Positions 46,468 through 56,789 of a stretch of 60,000 bases of DNA are shown one piece after another. The position numbers were made by a program, and so were the translations under genes. The notes under the pieces were generated by a model. The model made no database searches, was not told the origin of the DNA, and saw only the letters and a program-made list of their open reading frames with translations. Within the stretch, counting starts at the first letter, position 1. Each line of letters opens with the position of its first letter. Source of the stretch: Candidatus Pacearchaeota archaeon (GTDB taxonomy: Archaea > Nanobdellota > Nanobdellia > Pacearchaeales > DTIR01); the NCBI GenBank assembly GCA_018303805.1, contig JAGVXL010000001.1, positions 243,528 through 303,527 of the forward strand, given 5' to 3'.

Positions 46468-48240
46468 ATGAACAAAAAACATATGGTTTTTTGCCTTGCG
46501 GCATTTTTTATGCTGGCAATTTTCAGCTCTAATGCCCTTGCTGCTTATAATGCAACAGAGGAGACAGGGCTTGTAAACAAGGGATACACATGGCTGTCTG
46601 ATTCTGTGAGGGGAAAATGGCCTGTTGGAACAGAGGATACGGCATTTTCATTGCTGGCATTGGCATATGACGATATGCTTGCCTCTCAGGGCAAGGCGGC
46701 ACTAGAAGAAACAAGCAAGGATTTGGAGTGCTGGCCAAAGGCATCCTGCAATGTCAAGGAGACTGCCTTGGCTGTAATGGCGTTGGCAAGAATAGGGCAG
46801 GATACAAGCAAGGCAGAGGAATGGCTGATGGCAAAAAATAGCACGCCTTCTGAATTAAACTGGTTCCTGCAGATTGACTCCGCAGAAAAAACAACATGCA
46901 CTGTATATTACAACCAGGACAGCTTAAGCTACAACATAACACTTGACACAAACAAGAAAATAAATAAGGCAGCTGGAAGCTGCCTAAGCCTGAGCTATGG
47001 AAACTACTGGCTCAAGATTTCAAGAGACTGTTATGAGAAAAAATTCTCAATTTCCTGCGACAGGGAGTTTGTTACAACACTATTTTACCAGAAGCCAGGC
47101 ACTCCGACAATATATATATCCAGCGACACAAAACGAATGTCAGCAGGGGGGGAGGCAGCATTAAAGATAAGCTCAATCTGCCTGAAATCACAGGATTCAT
47201 GTGATTATGAAGGCACTGCATGGGCAGCATTTGCCTTATCCAAAAACAGGGACGCCTCTGTGTTCATTCCGTATCTGGTTGGATACGCAGAAGCAAACAA
47301 GAATGTTATGCCTGAAGCATTTTTGTTGCTGTTGACAGGGCAGGATGATTATGCAAATTCCCTTATAAGCCAATTCAAAAGAGAGGGTTATTGGAGTTCA
47401 GGAAGCAGAAATTCATATTTTGACACTGCACTTGCATTGCTCGCCTTGAAAGATAAGGCACCAAAACAAAAAGATATAGCAAAGAACTGGCTTTTAAAAG
47501 AGCAGGCAAAATCAGGTCCAGATACTGGAAGCTGGCAGAATAGCAGGAAAGATACTGGTTTTGTATTGTATTCAGTCTGGCCAAAGGACGCAACATATGT
47601 CAGAACAGAAAAAACCTACTGCAATGACTATGGCTATTTCTGCCTGCCAACCTATGACTGCAATTTTGATGCAAGGCTGCCTGATTATTACTGCTCTGGC
47701 TCAGATGTTTGCTGTATGGAAAAACAGGAGGAAAAACTGCAGAGCTGCAGCGAAATGGAAGGGAATATCTGCGATTACAATGCAATATGCAGTGGGACAA
47801 GCAAAAATTCATTGAATGGATTATGCTGCATAGGAGACTGTGAAACACCTCAGGAATTAAGCGAGTGCGAGAAATTAGGGGATACATGCAGATATAATAA
47901 ATGTGTAGAAGGAGAAAAGAAAAATGATTTGGAATGTGCAGGGGCAAGAATATGCTGCCAGCCAGAAATTGCAAAAAAGGGCAGCAAGCTGCTCTTGTGG
48001 ATAATGCTTGGAATAATCGCTGCAGGAATTATCGCATTTTTCCTGGCAGGCAAGAAATTCAAATTCAAGCCAAGGCAAAAACCTGGCATGATAATAAAGC
48101 CAGGCCCAAGATTTCCCCCTTTCCCTCCCCAGCAAGCAAGGCCTTTCGCTAGGTCATTCGGCAGAAGCCAGCCAAGGGAGCTAAGCTCAAACAAGGACTT
48201 GGAGGAAACATTAAGAAAATTAAGGGAAAGGGGGTTGTGA
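46468..48240 (+). CDS. Surface protein with prenyltransferase/squalene-cyclase-like helical repeats, Cys-rich modules and C-terminal TM
   Basis: ETALAVMAL, GYW....DTALALLAL, WLLKEQ...GSW. Confidence 0.8.
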   Translation: MNKKHMVFCLAAFFMLAIFSSNALAAYNATEETGLVNKGYTWLSDSVRGKWPVGTEDTAFSLLALAYDDMLASQGKAALEETSKDLECWPKASCNVKETALAVMALARIGQDTSKAEEWLMAKNSTPSELNWFLQIDSAEKTTCTVYYNQDSLSYNITLDTNKKINKAAGSCLSLSYGNYWLKISRDCYEKKFSISCDREFVTTLFYQKPGTPTIYISSDTKRMSAGGEAALKISSICLKSQDSCDYEGTAWAAFALSKNRDASVFIPYLVGYAEANKNVMPEAFLLLLTGQDDYANSLISQFKREGYWSSGSRNSYFDTALALLALKDKAPKQKDIAKNWLLKEQAKSGPDTGSWQNSRKDTGFVLYSVWPKDATYVRTEKTYCNDYGYFCLPTYDCNFDARLPDYYCSGSDVCCMEKQEEKLQSCSEMEGNICDYNAICSGTSKNSLNGLCCIGDCETPQELSECEKLGDTCRYNKCVEGEKKNDLECAGARICCQPEIAKKGSKLLLWIMLGIIAAGIIAFFLAGKKFKFKPRQKPGMIIKPGPRFPPFPPQQARPFARSFGRSQPRELSSNKDLEETLRKLRERGL

Positions 48241-48306
48241 TAGGCAGCTGTATCTATCGTTAGATTTATTAATCTTTTTTATTTAATTCTTGGAAGAGGT
48301 TATAGA

Positions 48307-50595
48307 ATGAAAAGAATTTGCCTTGTCTTGGCAGCATTACTTGCTGTATTTTCATTGCTCCCGTTAAATTATGCATTTGAAATAAAAACAAGTAAGATGT
48401 CATATCTCACAGGAGAAACATTTCTTGCAGAAGTGAACGCAGAATTTATTGAGCAGCTTGCAGCGAAAAATATTTTCTTTTACAAAAATAACCAGGAGAT
48501 TGAGCCGGCATTTTACATTTTGCAGGCATCAAAACAACAGTATTTCATCTGGGTTAACCTGCAGGACACAGGAAATTACAGTTTTGTGATAAAAAACATG
48601 CTCTACAAAGAAAATGGGGTTTTGAAGGGAGATGAGAAGGGGGTTGAGTTTGAAGTAGAGCCATCAATCAATGTTCTTTACCAATCATTAATCCAGACTG
48701 TGAAAAGCAAATGGCCTAGTTCTATAGACGAAAACGCGCTTTCATTAATGGCTTTGTCTTATGATGATGCGCTTGTATCAGCCGGCAGGGCAGTATTGAT
48801 GAGTAAGAGCAAGGATGGTGGAGAGTGCTGGCCAAAGGCATCCTGCAATGTAAAGGAAACTTCTCTTGCAATAATGGCATTGGATAAGATGAATATAGCA
48901 GTAAAAACAGAATGGCTTGTTGACAGCCAGAACAATCTTGATTTGGGATTGTGGAATCTGCAAATCAACTCTGCATCCCAGCAGGAATGCAAGCTGCTTA
49001 TCAATACTGAATCCCAGACATTAAACCTTTCACAGAGCACAAACACAATAGAGCTGGACTTGAAAAGCAAGCCGGAAACTGCAAGCATAAAAGTAAACTG
49101 CTCTATTGTCTCTGGAAAAATTATCCATACATATCTCGGCAGAATAACTGAATTTCCAATGCAAATCCAAAGCAATGAAGCAGGCATTGAATTAAACAAT
49201 AAAAAATGCTTTGGAGCAGGATACAGAAGCGAGTGCGATTCAGAATCAACTGCTTATGCGGTATTGGCATTGAAGAGCATAGATGCAGAGAAAACCAAGG
49301 CAGTTGAATGGCTCAAGAAAAATGCGCAGACAACAAAGGAAAAATCCATTGTTTTATACCTGTCAAGCTCTTCTGATATTGAAAACTGGCTTGTAAACAA
49401 CCAGCATTCCTCTGGATATTCCAGCAGCAAGTCCCTGCTTGAATCACAGCAGGCAGATTTTGAATCAACTGTTTTTGCGGCATTGGCATTAAAAAAGGAG
49501 AAGAAAACAGCAGAATATGGAAAAGCTGAAACATGGCTTAAAGATAATTTTGTTAATGCAAACTTAAAAGACAAGGCATTGGCAGCCGCATATATATTCA
49601 TAGCATCAGGCATAGAACCGATAATAACAATTAATCCTGCTGCATTAAAGGCAAAAACAAACACCACGATTAACACAGTCATCTCTAACAAGGCAGTCCT
49701 GCCTGTAAACATAACAGCGGAATTTTTGCCATTCAAGACAAAGCAGACTCTGAGCATCAAGGCAGGCAGCTCTGAAAAATTAACATTTGAAGTGCCGATA
49801 AAGATAGGCAGGCAGGAAATAATAAACGACACTCCAGGCAGTATTAATTTAGAAGGCAAAACAAGCCTGCTTGCAGAAAACAGCTACAGCATCCCGGTTA
49901 TTATTCTTGCAACTGAAAATGAGACAGCAAATGAGACAATAGAGATTCCTGCATGGCACTTCAAATTCTCAACAGATAGCATCAAAGCAACAATTCTTGC
50001 CGGAGATGAGACATTGATGCCATTAACCTTGAGAGATTTGTCGCATTATGTCATAAGGGACATTTCAATAACCTATAGCAGGGATTTGAAAGACATAATA
50101 AACATAACCCCAACAAGCATGGCATTTATCAATCCGGGGGAAGAGGCAGGGATAAACCTGACATTCAAATCAGGAAAAATAAGGAACATTTCCGGCTTTA
50201 TTGAGGCAAGGGCAGCAAGCCCTGTAGAGATTTCAGCAATGCTGCCTGTTGAAATTTCATTCACAACAAATGCAACTGCAGTCAGCATCAAAATCAACAC
50301 AACTGAAGAAGAAAAAACATGCAGGGAGATGAACGGAACAGTATGCAAGGGCAAGCTTGTATGCACAAAGACAACAAAGGCAAAGGATAATGACAGGTGC
50401 TGCATCGGGACATGCAAAAGCGGCATAAACATGACAAGGATTGTAGGCATTCTGCTCATAACAATCGCAGTAATAATCCTTGCAGTTTTTGTTATGATTG
50501 GGCTAAAAAAGCCGAAAAAGCAGTCAAGGGATATTTATTCAGACATAGAAAAGAAATATTCAAAGCCAAGCAGGATAATTGAGCCGAAGGGCTAA
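48307..50595 (+). CDS. Paralogous surface protein (helical repeats, Ig-like, Cys-rich, TM)
   Basis: Shares KWP and ECWPKASCNVKET with the preceding gene. Confidence 0.8.
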   Translation: MKRICLVLAALLAVFSLLPLNYAFEIKTSKMSYLTGETFLAEVNAEFIEQLAAKNIFFYKNNQEIEPAFYILQASKQQYFIWVNLQDTGNYSFVIKNMLYKENGVLKGDEKGVEFEVEPSINVLYQSLIQTVKSKWPSSIDENALSLMALSYDDALVSAGRAVLMSKSKDGGECWPKASCNVKETSLAIMALDKMNIAVKTEWLVDSQNNLDLGLWNLQINSASQQECKLLINTESQTLNLSQSTNTIELDLKSKPETASIKVNCSIVSGKIIHTYLGRITEFPMQIQSNEAGIELNNKKCFGAGYRSECDSESTAYAVLALKSIDAEKTKAVEWLKKNAQTTKEKSIVLYLSSSSDIENWLVNNQHSSGYSSSKSLLESQQADFESTVFAALALKKEKKTAEYGKAETWLKDNFVNANLKDKALAAAYIFIASGIEPIITINPAALKAKTNTTINTVISNKAVLPVNITAEFLPFKTKQTLSIKAGSSEKLTFEVPIKIGRQEIINDTPGSINLEGKTSLLAENSYSIPVIILATENETANETIEIPAWHFKFSTDSIKATILAGDETLMPLTLRDLSHYVIRDISITYSRDLKDIINITPTSMAFINPGEEAGINLTFKSGKIRNISGFIEARAASPVEISAMLPVEISFTTNATAVSIKINTTEEEKTCREMNGTVCKGKLVCTKTTKAKDNDRCCIGTCKSGINMTRIVGILLITIAVIILAVFVMIGLKKPKKQSRDIYSDIEKKYSKPSRIIEPKG

Positions 50596-51323
50596 CCAGA
50601 TTTTTGTTTCTCTTTTTCATCAACTATTCCTTCTTTTTTCTCTGCTGGCTTTTCTTCATTATGCTCTTTCTTTACCTCAGAAACCTTAATCTCAACATCA
50701 ATCCCCATAATCTCCTTAACTTTCTTCGCAAACTCCTTTTCTATTGCCTCGGGGACTTTAACAAAGAATTCAATTATGCCCTTGCCATTCTCAATCCTGA
50801 CATTTTCTGCCTTTCCAAGCAAGAAACCTGCAAGAATTTTCAGCTTCTCTGCTGCATCTTCAATTGCCTTATTTACCCTGAATCTGTAAACAACAGCCCT
50901 GCCTGCCAAGGGATTATTAAAATCCGTTATCACCCTGCCTGAGGAAACAGATGCAATCCTTACAAGCATGCCGTCCAGATTAAGCATCATCCCCTGCATT
51001 GGCATAATGCCCTTTTCCCTGAAAATTTTTAATGGTATAACTTTGACAAGCTTTGTGTCTCTCTCGCCAAATGCCTCTTTTGGGGAGATTTCAACTTCAT
51101 GCCATTTCCCAAGTTCCTTGCCTTCAAGCGCCTTGTCCAAGCCAGGCAAAAGCATGCCCTGCCCTATGCAAATCCCCAATGGCATGAACTTGCTTTTTTC
51201 AGAAGCATCATGCAAGAGCCCTGCCTTTTCTGCCTCGTCAAGCAGTGTTGTGTCAAAAACAGCGTTTGTTTCCCTGACTCTTGCTGTAAAGTCCATCTCA
51301 ACAAAATCATTTTTCTTGACCAT
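50592..51323 (-). CDS. FKBP-type peptidyl-prolyl isomerase (long archaeal SlyD type)
   Basis: VFDTT, GLDKAL.G, PKEAFGER, DFNNPLAG. Confidence 0.93.
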   Translation of the reverse strand: MVKKNDFVEMDFTARVRETNAVFDTTLLDEAEKAGLLHDASEKSKFMPLGICIGQGMLLPGLDKALEGKELGKWHEVEISPKEAFGERDTKLVKVIPLKIFREKGIMPMQGMMLNLDGMLVRIASVSSGRVITDFNNPLAGRAVVYRFRVNKAIEDAAEKLKILAGFLLGKAENVRIENGKGIIEFFVKVPEAIEKEFAKKVKEIMGIDVEIKVSEVKKEHNEEKPAEKKEGIVDEKEKQKSG

Positions 51324-51412
51324 TTGAAAGCAAGAAAAAGCAGGTTTAAAAATTTAATCCTGAAAATAACAACAACAAAAAATTTTATAAACCATTCTAA
51401 TCTACAACTTGC

Positions 51413-51811
51413 ATGCCAATCAAGATGGTTTATGTTACTGAATTAAGAGAGGGGAATTATGTGATTATTGAAGGGGTTCCATGCATTGTCAGGAACATAG
51501 AGATAAGCAAGACAGGGAAGCACGGGCATTCCAAGGCAAGATTTGATGCTATTGGCTTGATTGACAACAAGAAGAGGGTCGTTCTTTTGCCTGGGCATGA
51601 AAAACTTGATGTTCCTTTGGTTGAGAAGAAAAGGGGGCAAGTCCTGTCAATAAGAGAAAAAGCAAGCATAATGGATTTGGAAAGCTTTGAAACAATTGAG
51701 ATTGCAGTTCCTGATGATTTAAAAGAAGAGATTAAAGAAGGCGTTCAAGTGGAGTACTGGGATGTTGAGGGGCAGAAAGTAATAAAAAGGGTAATGGGTT
51801 CTGCTGCCTGA
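51413..51811 (+). CDS. eif5a: Translation factor aIF-5A
   Basis: Hypusine loop SKTGKHGHSK; MDLESFET. Confidence 0.96.
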   Translation: MPIKMVYVTELREGNYVIIEGVPCIVRNIEISKTGKHGHSKARFDAIGLIDNKKRVVLLPGHEKLDVPLVEKKRGQVLSIREKASIMDLESFETIEIAVPDDLKEEIKEGVQVEYWDVEGQKVIKRVMGSAA

Positions 51812-51818
51812 CTGAAAA

Positions 51819-51998
51819 ATGGCTGTAAAGATTCCTGCTGCGCAGGCAAGGTTGTTGAAGAATATATGGATTTGCAAAAACTGCAATTCAAAAATCAGGG
51901 CAAAGTCAAGGCAGATAATTGAAGGCAAAGTCAAGTGCAGGAAATGCAAGTCAAGGAATTTTAGGCCCATGAGGAAGAGGGGAACAACAGCCAAATAA
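51819..51998 (+). CDS. rpl40e: 50S ribosomal protein L40e (not in ORF track)
   Basis: MAVKIPAAQARLLKNIWICKNCNSKIR...KCRKCKSRNFRP. Confidence 0.88.
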   Translation: MAVKIPAAQARLLKNIWICKNCNSKIRAKSRQIIEGKVKCRKCKSRNFRPMRKRGTTAK

Positions 51999-52051
51999 GC
52001 CCTGAAAGGTTGAAGAGAAGCGAAAGAGAGGAGCAATAAAGTTTTGTAAAA

Positions 52052-53542
52052 ATGAATTTTTTATATTATGATTTGATTTTTCTTGCCTTATTCTGCCTGT
52101 CAATGGTCTTGATTTTCTTGAAGAATAAAAAGAATGTCAAGGTTGAAAGCAGATTTTTTATCCTTTATAAGACAAAAGTAGGGCTGAAAATCATAAATTT
52201 CATTGGAAACAGGTTCAAAAAAACACTTAAGATTTTGAGTTATATTGTTATGGCTACAGGATACATGCTTATGGCTCTCGCAGTATTTCTTTTTGTGCAG
52301 ATGATTGCCTCCGTAATAAAAATGCCGGAAATCCTCAAGATAGCAAAAGTTCCGCCTATAATGCCTTTAATACCTTACTTGCCCCAGATGTTTAATATAG
52401 ATTTCCTTCCACCTTTTTACTTTACTTACTGGATTATTGCAATTGCCATTATAGCCGTATTCCATGAAGGGGCGCATGGCATATTCGCAAAGTTTTACAA
52501 GGTTAAAGTCAAATCAACAGGATTTGGCTTTCTTGGGCCTTTCCTTGCGGCATTTGTTGAGCCAGATGAAAAACAGCTCGCAAAAAAGAGGGGCAGGGAG
52601 CAGATTGCAATCCTCGCAGCAGGAAGCTTCGCAAATCTTCTGATGGCACTGATTTTTATAGCCCTTATAGCCCTGTTCTTTTACTTCTTTTTTTCACCGC
52701 AGGGGGTGCAGTTTGAAACCTATGCTTCTAGTGCAATCAACATAAGCAGCATAACTGCGATAAGCGGTATTTCCATTGAAAATCCAAGCATCCAGGATAT
52801 CGCCTTGGCAATGCAAAATCTGAATACAATAGACGTGAATCTTAAAGTTGACCGCAAAACAATAAACCTCACAAAAATAGAAACTCTAGATGGCACCTAT
52901 TTTGCTGTCACTAAAAATTTGAAGTCTGAGTTGAAGCAGGAGATGAAAAAAGGTAACTCTTCTGTGCAGCAGCTTCTTGTTTTTGATGACACGCCTGCGC
53001 TGCATGCAGGATTGCAGGGGGCAATAACCAAAATAGACTCTGCAACAATAAGGAATCTGGATGAGTTTGAAGCGCAGCTCTTAAAATACAAGCCAAATGA
53101 TGAAGTAATTATTGAAACTAAGAACAAAGACAGCTACAATTATTACAAAGTCAGGCTTGCGGCAAGGCATGAGAACAAATCTTTAGCTTACTTAGGGGTG
53201 GGCTTTATTAATGTGAAGGCAAGAACAGGAATCCTTGGCTATATCGGAAGGATAATAAACAAATTAAAGAATCCAACAATATTCTACCTGCCAAAATATT
53301 CACCCGGATTAACAATTTTTGTCTATAACCTTTTATGGTGGATAATCATGATAAATCTCTCGGTTGCAATAATGAACATGCTGCCTCTCGGCATTTTTGA
53401 CGGCGGCAGGGTTTTCTATCTCACTATTCTTGCCATAACAAAATCAAAGAAAAAAGCAGGCTTGATTTTCAAGATAATGACTTATCTGCTTCTAGGGCTT
53501 GTTATTGCCCTTACAGTAATGTGGGTAATCGTGATGATATAA
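52052..53542 (+). CDS. Site-2 protease (M50) with PDZ-like domain
   Basis: HEGAH, AAFVEPD, AAGSFAN, NMLPLGIFDGG. Confidence 0.93.
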   Translation: MNFLYYDLIFLALFCLSMVLIFLKNKKNVKVESRFFILYKTKVGLKIINFIGNRFKKTLKILSYIVMATGYMLMALAVFLFVQMIASVIKMPEILKIAKVPPIMPLIPYLPQMFNIDFLPPFYFTYWIIAIAIIAVFHEGAHGIFAKFYKVKVKSTGFGFLGPFLAAFVEPDEKQLAKKRGREQIAILAAGSFANLLMALIFIALIALFFYFFFSPQGVQFETYASSAINISSITAISGISIENPSIQDIALAMQNLNTIDVNLKVDRKTINLTKIETLDGTYFAVTKNLKSELKQEMKKGNSSVQQLLVFDDTPALHAGLQGAITKIDSATIRNLDEFEAQLLKYKPNDEVIIETKNKDSYNYYKVRLAARHENKSLAYLGVGFINVKARTGILGYIGRIINKLKNPTIFYLPKYSPGLTIFVYNLLWWIIMINLSVAIMNMLPLGIFDGGRVFYLTILAITKSKKKAGLIFKIMTYLLLGLVIALTVMWVIVMI

Positions 53543-53670
53543 CAAAAGCTCTTTTAGAAAAGACCTTGGAGAAAAACAAAATAACAAAAGGTTTTTATCT
53601 TATTCCTTCTGAATTAAATATAACTCTTTAAAAGGAAAAGATCTTAAGAAAAACCATTGGTTTGTCTTAT

Positions 53671-53742
53671 GGGCCTGTAGTCCAACGGTTAAGACGCGTC
53701 CCTCGCATGGATGAAATCTGAGTTCAATTCTCAGCAGGTCCA
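53671..53742 (+). tRNA. tRNA-Ala(CGC)
   Basis: Acceptor GGGCCTG/CAGGTCC-A with the G3:U70 Ala identity pair; loop CT-CGC-AT; GTTCAATTC. Confidence 0.92.
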
Positions 53743-53765
53743 TCTTCAGTTTCAAAATTTGAAAA

Positions 53766-54716
53766 ATGATTCCCAAAAGCATAAAATCTGAATTTGAGAG
53801 GCAGGGCTACAGGATTGTAGGCAGGCACTCAGCAATAAAGATTTGCCTTTGGTGCAAGAATGCAATAAGGGGCGAAGGCACATGCTACAAGCATGCTTTC
53901 TATGGCATTAAAAGCTGGAGATGCGTGCAGATGTCATGCAGTTTAGTAAACTGCTCAAACAGATGCCTGCACTGCTGGAGGGATATGAAGCTGACAATCA
54001 ATGAAGAAATAAAAAATCCAGACGAGCCCAAGTTTATAGTTGAGCAGAGCATTAGGGAACAGAAAGAAATCTTGCAGGGTTTTAAAGGCAGCGCAAAAAT
54101 AAACAGGAAAAGAATTGAAGAGGCAATGAATCCTCTACACTTTGCAATAAGCCTGGCTGGAGAGGCATTTTTCTATCCAAAACTTGCAGAACTGATACAG
54201 GAGATACACAAAAGAGGCATGACTTCTTTTCTTGTTTCAAACGGGCAGCTGCCTGACAAGATTTCCGAGCTAATCAAGCAAGACATATTTCCAACACAGT
54301 TTTATATTTCACTTAATGCACCAAACAAAAAACTGTATTCAAAAATGTGCAGGCCATTGTTCAAGGATGCATGGCAGAGATTTAACAAAAGCTTAGAAAT
54401 AATGAGGAAAATTGGAACAAGAACTGTGTTGAGAATGACACTTGTGAGGGATTTAAACATGATTGAGCCGGAAAATTATGCAAAACTCATAAAAAAAGCC
54501 CAGCCAGACTTTGTGGAGGTAAAAAGTTATATGGCTGTTGGGTCATCAAGGCAGAGATTGCCTTATGACAGAATGCCTTTGCATTCTGAAGTCAGGGGAT
54601 TTGCAGAGAATATTGCAAAACATGCCGGCTTGAGAATTCTTGATGAGAAAAAAGAGAGCAGGGTTGTTTTGTTAGGCAAAAGCAGGAAGAATTTGAAATT
54701 GAAATTTAGAGATTAA
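53766..54716 (+). CDS. taw1: 4-demethylwyosine synthase Taw1/TYW1
   Basis: HSAIKICLW, CYK..FYGI.S.RC.QM, CSNRCLHCWR, HFAISLAGE. Confidence 0.94.
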   Translation: MIPKSIKSEFERQGYRIVGRHSAIKICLWCKNAIRGEGTCYKHAFYGIKSWRCVQMSCSLVNCSNRCLHCWRDMKLTINEEIKNPDEPKFIVEQSIREQKEILQGFKGSAKINRKRIEEAMNPLHFAISLAGEAFFYPKLAELIQEIHKRGMTSFLVSNGQLPDKISELIKQDIFPTQFYISLNAPNKKLYSKMCRPLFKDAWQRFNKSLEIMRKIGTRTVLRMTLVRDLNMIEPENYAKLIKKAQPDFVEVKSYMAVGSSRQRLPYDRMPLHSEVRGFAENIAKHAGLRILDEKKESRVVLLGKSRKNLKLKFRD

Positions 54717-54736
54717 GCAAAATAAAACTGCAAGAA

Positions 54737-55351
54737 TTAAAGTTCAATCACTTTCCCTTCTGCACCAGGATTCAAAATTGTTGTTCTACTTAATTTTTCC
54801 TCTTTTCCGGCATTCTCATGGAAATGCCCACATATGCAAAAGTCTGGCTCATGCTTCCCAATAAATTCCCTTATTGCCTTGCTTCCAACATGCATGCCAT
54901 CAATCCTGTCAAGCATTGTGTTAAGCGGGGGCTCGTGAACAACAAGAACAGCCTTTTTTCCCTTTCCTGCAAACCTTCCAAACTTTCTAAGCTGCCTATC
55001 AATTTCCATGTCATCCAGCTCAAACGGAGTTGAAAAGGGCGTTATCTTGCTTCCCCCCAGGCCGATAAATATCCTTCCCTCAAGCTCAAGAACAGAGTTG
55101 TGCAGATTCCTTACAAACTTGAATTTCCTTGCGGCATCCCTAATATCATTAGGCAGTTCGTGGTTGCCAGGAATGAGAATCAAAGGCAAGCCAATATCCA
55201 GTCTTTCAATGAGGTTATCTAGATTGCTTCCAAAAAAAGTCAAATCCCCTGCACAAACAAGAGCAGAAACCTCTTCTTTCCTTGCTATCTCAACAATATT
55301 CTTTATTCTGCCAATCTCTCCGTGAACATCCACAAAAACAAGGATTTTCAT
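54737..55351 (-). CDS. Calcineurin-like metallophosphoesterase
   Basis: DVH, GDL, PGNHE, HEPP, CGHFHE, NPG. Confidence 0.93.
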   Translation of the reverse strand: MKILVFVDVHGEIGRIKNIVEIARKEEVSALVCAGDLTFFGSNLDNLIERLDIGLPLILIPGNHELPNDIRDAARKFKFVRNLHNSVLELEGRIFIGLGGSKITPFSTPFELDDMEIDRQLRKFGRFAGKGKKAVLVVHEPPLNTMLDRIDGMHVGSKAIREFIGKHEPDFCICGHFHENAGKEEKLSRTTILNPGAEGKVIEL

Positions 55352-55405
55352 TTTCCACTAAGGAGAGAAAAAAGAGATGTTTTTAAAGATTGTGAAAGCA
55401 AGAAA

Positions 55406-55442
55406 TGACATCCTCCTCGCCCTAAAGGGCGAGGTATCCTCC
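55406..55442. mobile_element. IS200/IS605-like end hairpin remnant
   Basis: CCTCGCCC-TAAA-GGGCGAGG followed by TATCC; no transposase nearby. Confidence 0.55.
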
Positions 55443-55518
55443 GTTATCAAATATTGAACACAAGAAAAGCATAAAGAAAAATGGCAAATGCAATCCCCCT
55501 CAAGATAAAATTAAATAG

Positions 55519-55630
55519 AAGGTATTAGAAACCAAGGAATTCAAAAGAACCTTGGTTCTTTTATGGAAGCATGGCAATTCCTCCTCTATTTGAAAATAGG
55601 GGGTTGATAAGGGGTTTCCCCTTATTTGCG
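55519..55630. repeat. Composite of REP-like hairpins and an IS605-like end
   Basis: AAGGTATTAGAAACC; AAAAGAACC-TT-GGTTCTTTT; CCTCTATT..AATAGGGG; ATAAGGGG-TTT-CCCCTTAT. Confidence 0.5.
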
Positions 55631-55647
55631 ATATTGTAATGAAGAAA

Positions 55648-56001
55648 TTAAAGTTCCTTCACACCCTCTTTTGTCAAAACCATGAACCTTATGCCAACAG
55701 GCAGGCATAAAAGGGCGGCAATCAGGGCCATGTGCTCTTTGCCTGAGCCAGAAGCAATGCTCAATGCAACCTCTGTGCCCTGCAGCTTGTCTCTTAGCTT
55801 GCTCATCAAATCCTCTTTTAGATTTATAATCGGCTGGTTAAAATCAACAAAAATAAACTCTGAAGGCTTGTCCCCCTTGAATTTTTCTGCATATTGCTCA
55901 CCAACAAGGATAACCTTTTCCCAGCTTCCTTGCTTAATCAAGCCGGAAATTTGAGCCCAGCTCCCCTTGCCTGTGGAGAGCAATGCAACTAATTCCATCA
56001 T
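55648..56001 (-). CDS. Hypothetical Rossmann/CARF-like protein
   Basis: LVALLSTGKGSW and VALSIASGSGKEHMALI beta-loop-helix motifs. Confidence 0.65.
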   Translation of the reverse strand: MMELVALLSTGKGSWAQISGLIKQGSWEKVILVGEQYAEKFKGDKPSEFIFVDFNQPIINLKEDLMSKLRDKLQGTEVALSIASGSGKEHMALIAALLCLPVGIRFMVLTKEGVKEL

Positions 56002-56102
56002 GTTTTTTGCCCTTTTTAATTTATAAAGTTTGTTTATTACTTGATTAAGGTACTAAAATTTCCCAAGGAAAGGTTTAATAACAAATCTGCATAAAAAAGT
56101 TT

Positions 56103-56561
56103 ATGGCAAAAGTGGTGAAAGATTCTGCCTTAAGCGAATTGATTCTAAGAAAATATGAAAAGCCCTATAATCTCAACAGAAGAGATACTGTAAAGAAAAT
56201 TTGTCTGAGCTTGGGCTTGTTGCAGGCAGGTGACAGCAGGGATATTATTGTAGATATTCTGCTTGTGTTGATAGAAACAAGCAAGGAAAAAAGGGAGCTT
56301 GAAGTTAAACAAATACAAGAGAAAGCAGTAAAAATCAGGCAAGAAAACAGCTTAGAGGCAAAGGGCATAGCAGAGTCAAACATTAGAAGGCAGCTGAAGA
56401 GATTAAGGGATTTGATGATTGTTGAAAAGCAGGCAAACGGCTACAAGCTGAGCGAGTTTGAATCTTTAAGTAGCATATTCAAGAATAAGATAGAGGGTTT
56501 TTTGCTGCCCCAAATCCTCACAAGGATAAAGGAATATCTTGCTGAACTGGAAAAGAGTTAA
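56103..56561 (+). CDS. Winged-HTH protein
   Basis: LRKYEKP, CLSLGLLQAGDSRD, AESNIRRQLKRLRD. Confidence 0.8.
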   Translation: MAKVVKDSALSELILRKYEKPYNLNRRDTVKKICLSLGLLQAGDSRDIIVDILLVLIETSKEKRELEVKQIQEKAVKIRQENSLEAKGIAESNIRRQLKRLRDLMIVEKQANGYKLSEFESLSSIFKNKIEGFLLPQILTRIKEYLAELEKS

Positions 56562-56789
56562 CTTAATCCTTTTATTATTCCGCTTAAATATGGCATTTGC
56601 CTTTCGATAACCTCTTTCTTGCATTCTCATTCGATTTTAAAAAATCCAAAAGGTTTATCCCTTGATATAAATAACCTTTATTTAGGTTGTAATAACCCTG
56701 ATGATAGTTATATTCAGACATTTCTATAAAAGTTGTCAGGATTGAAAGGCAGGAAATGTTTTTATTTGTTCATGCTATAGATTATTAGG

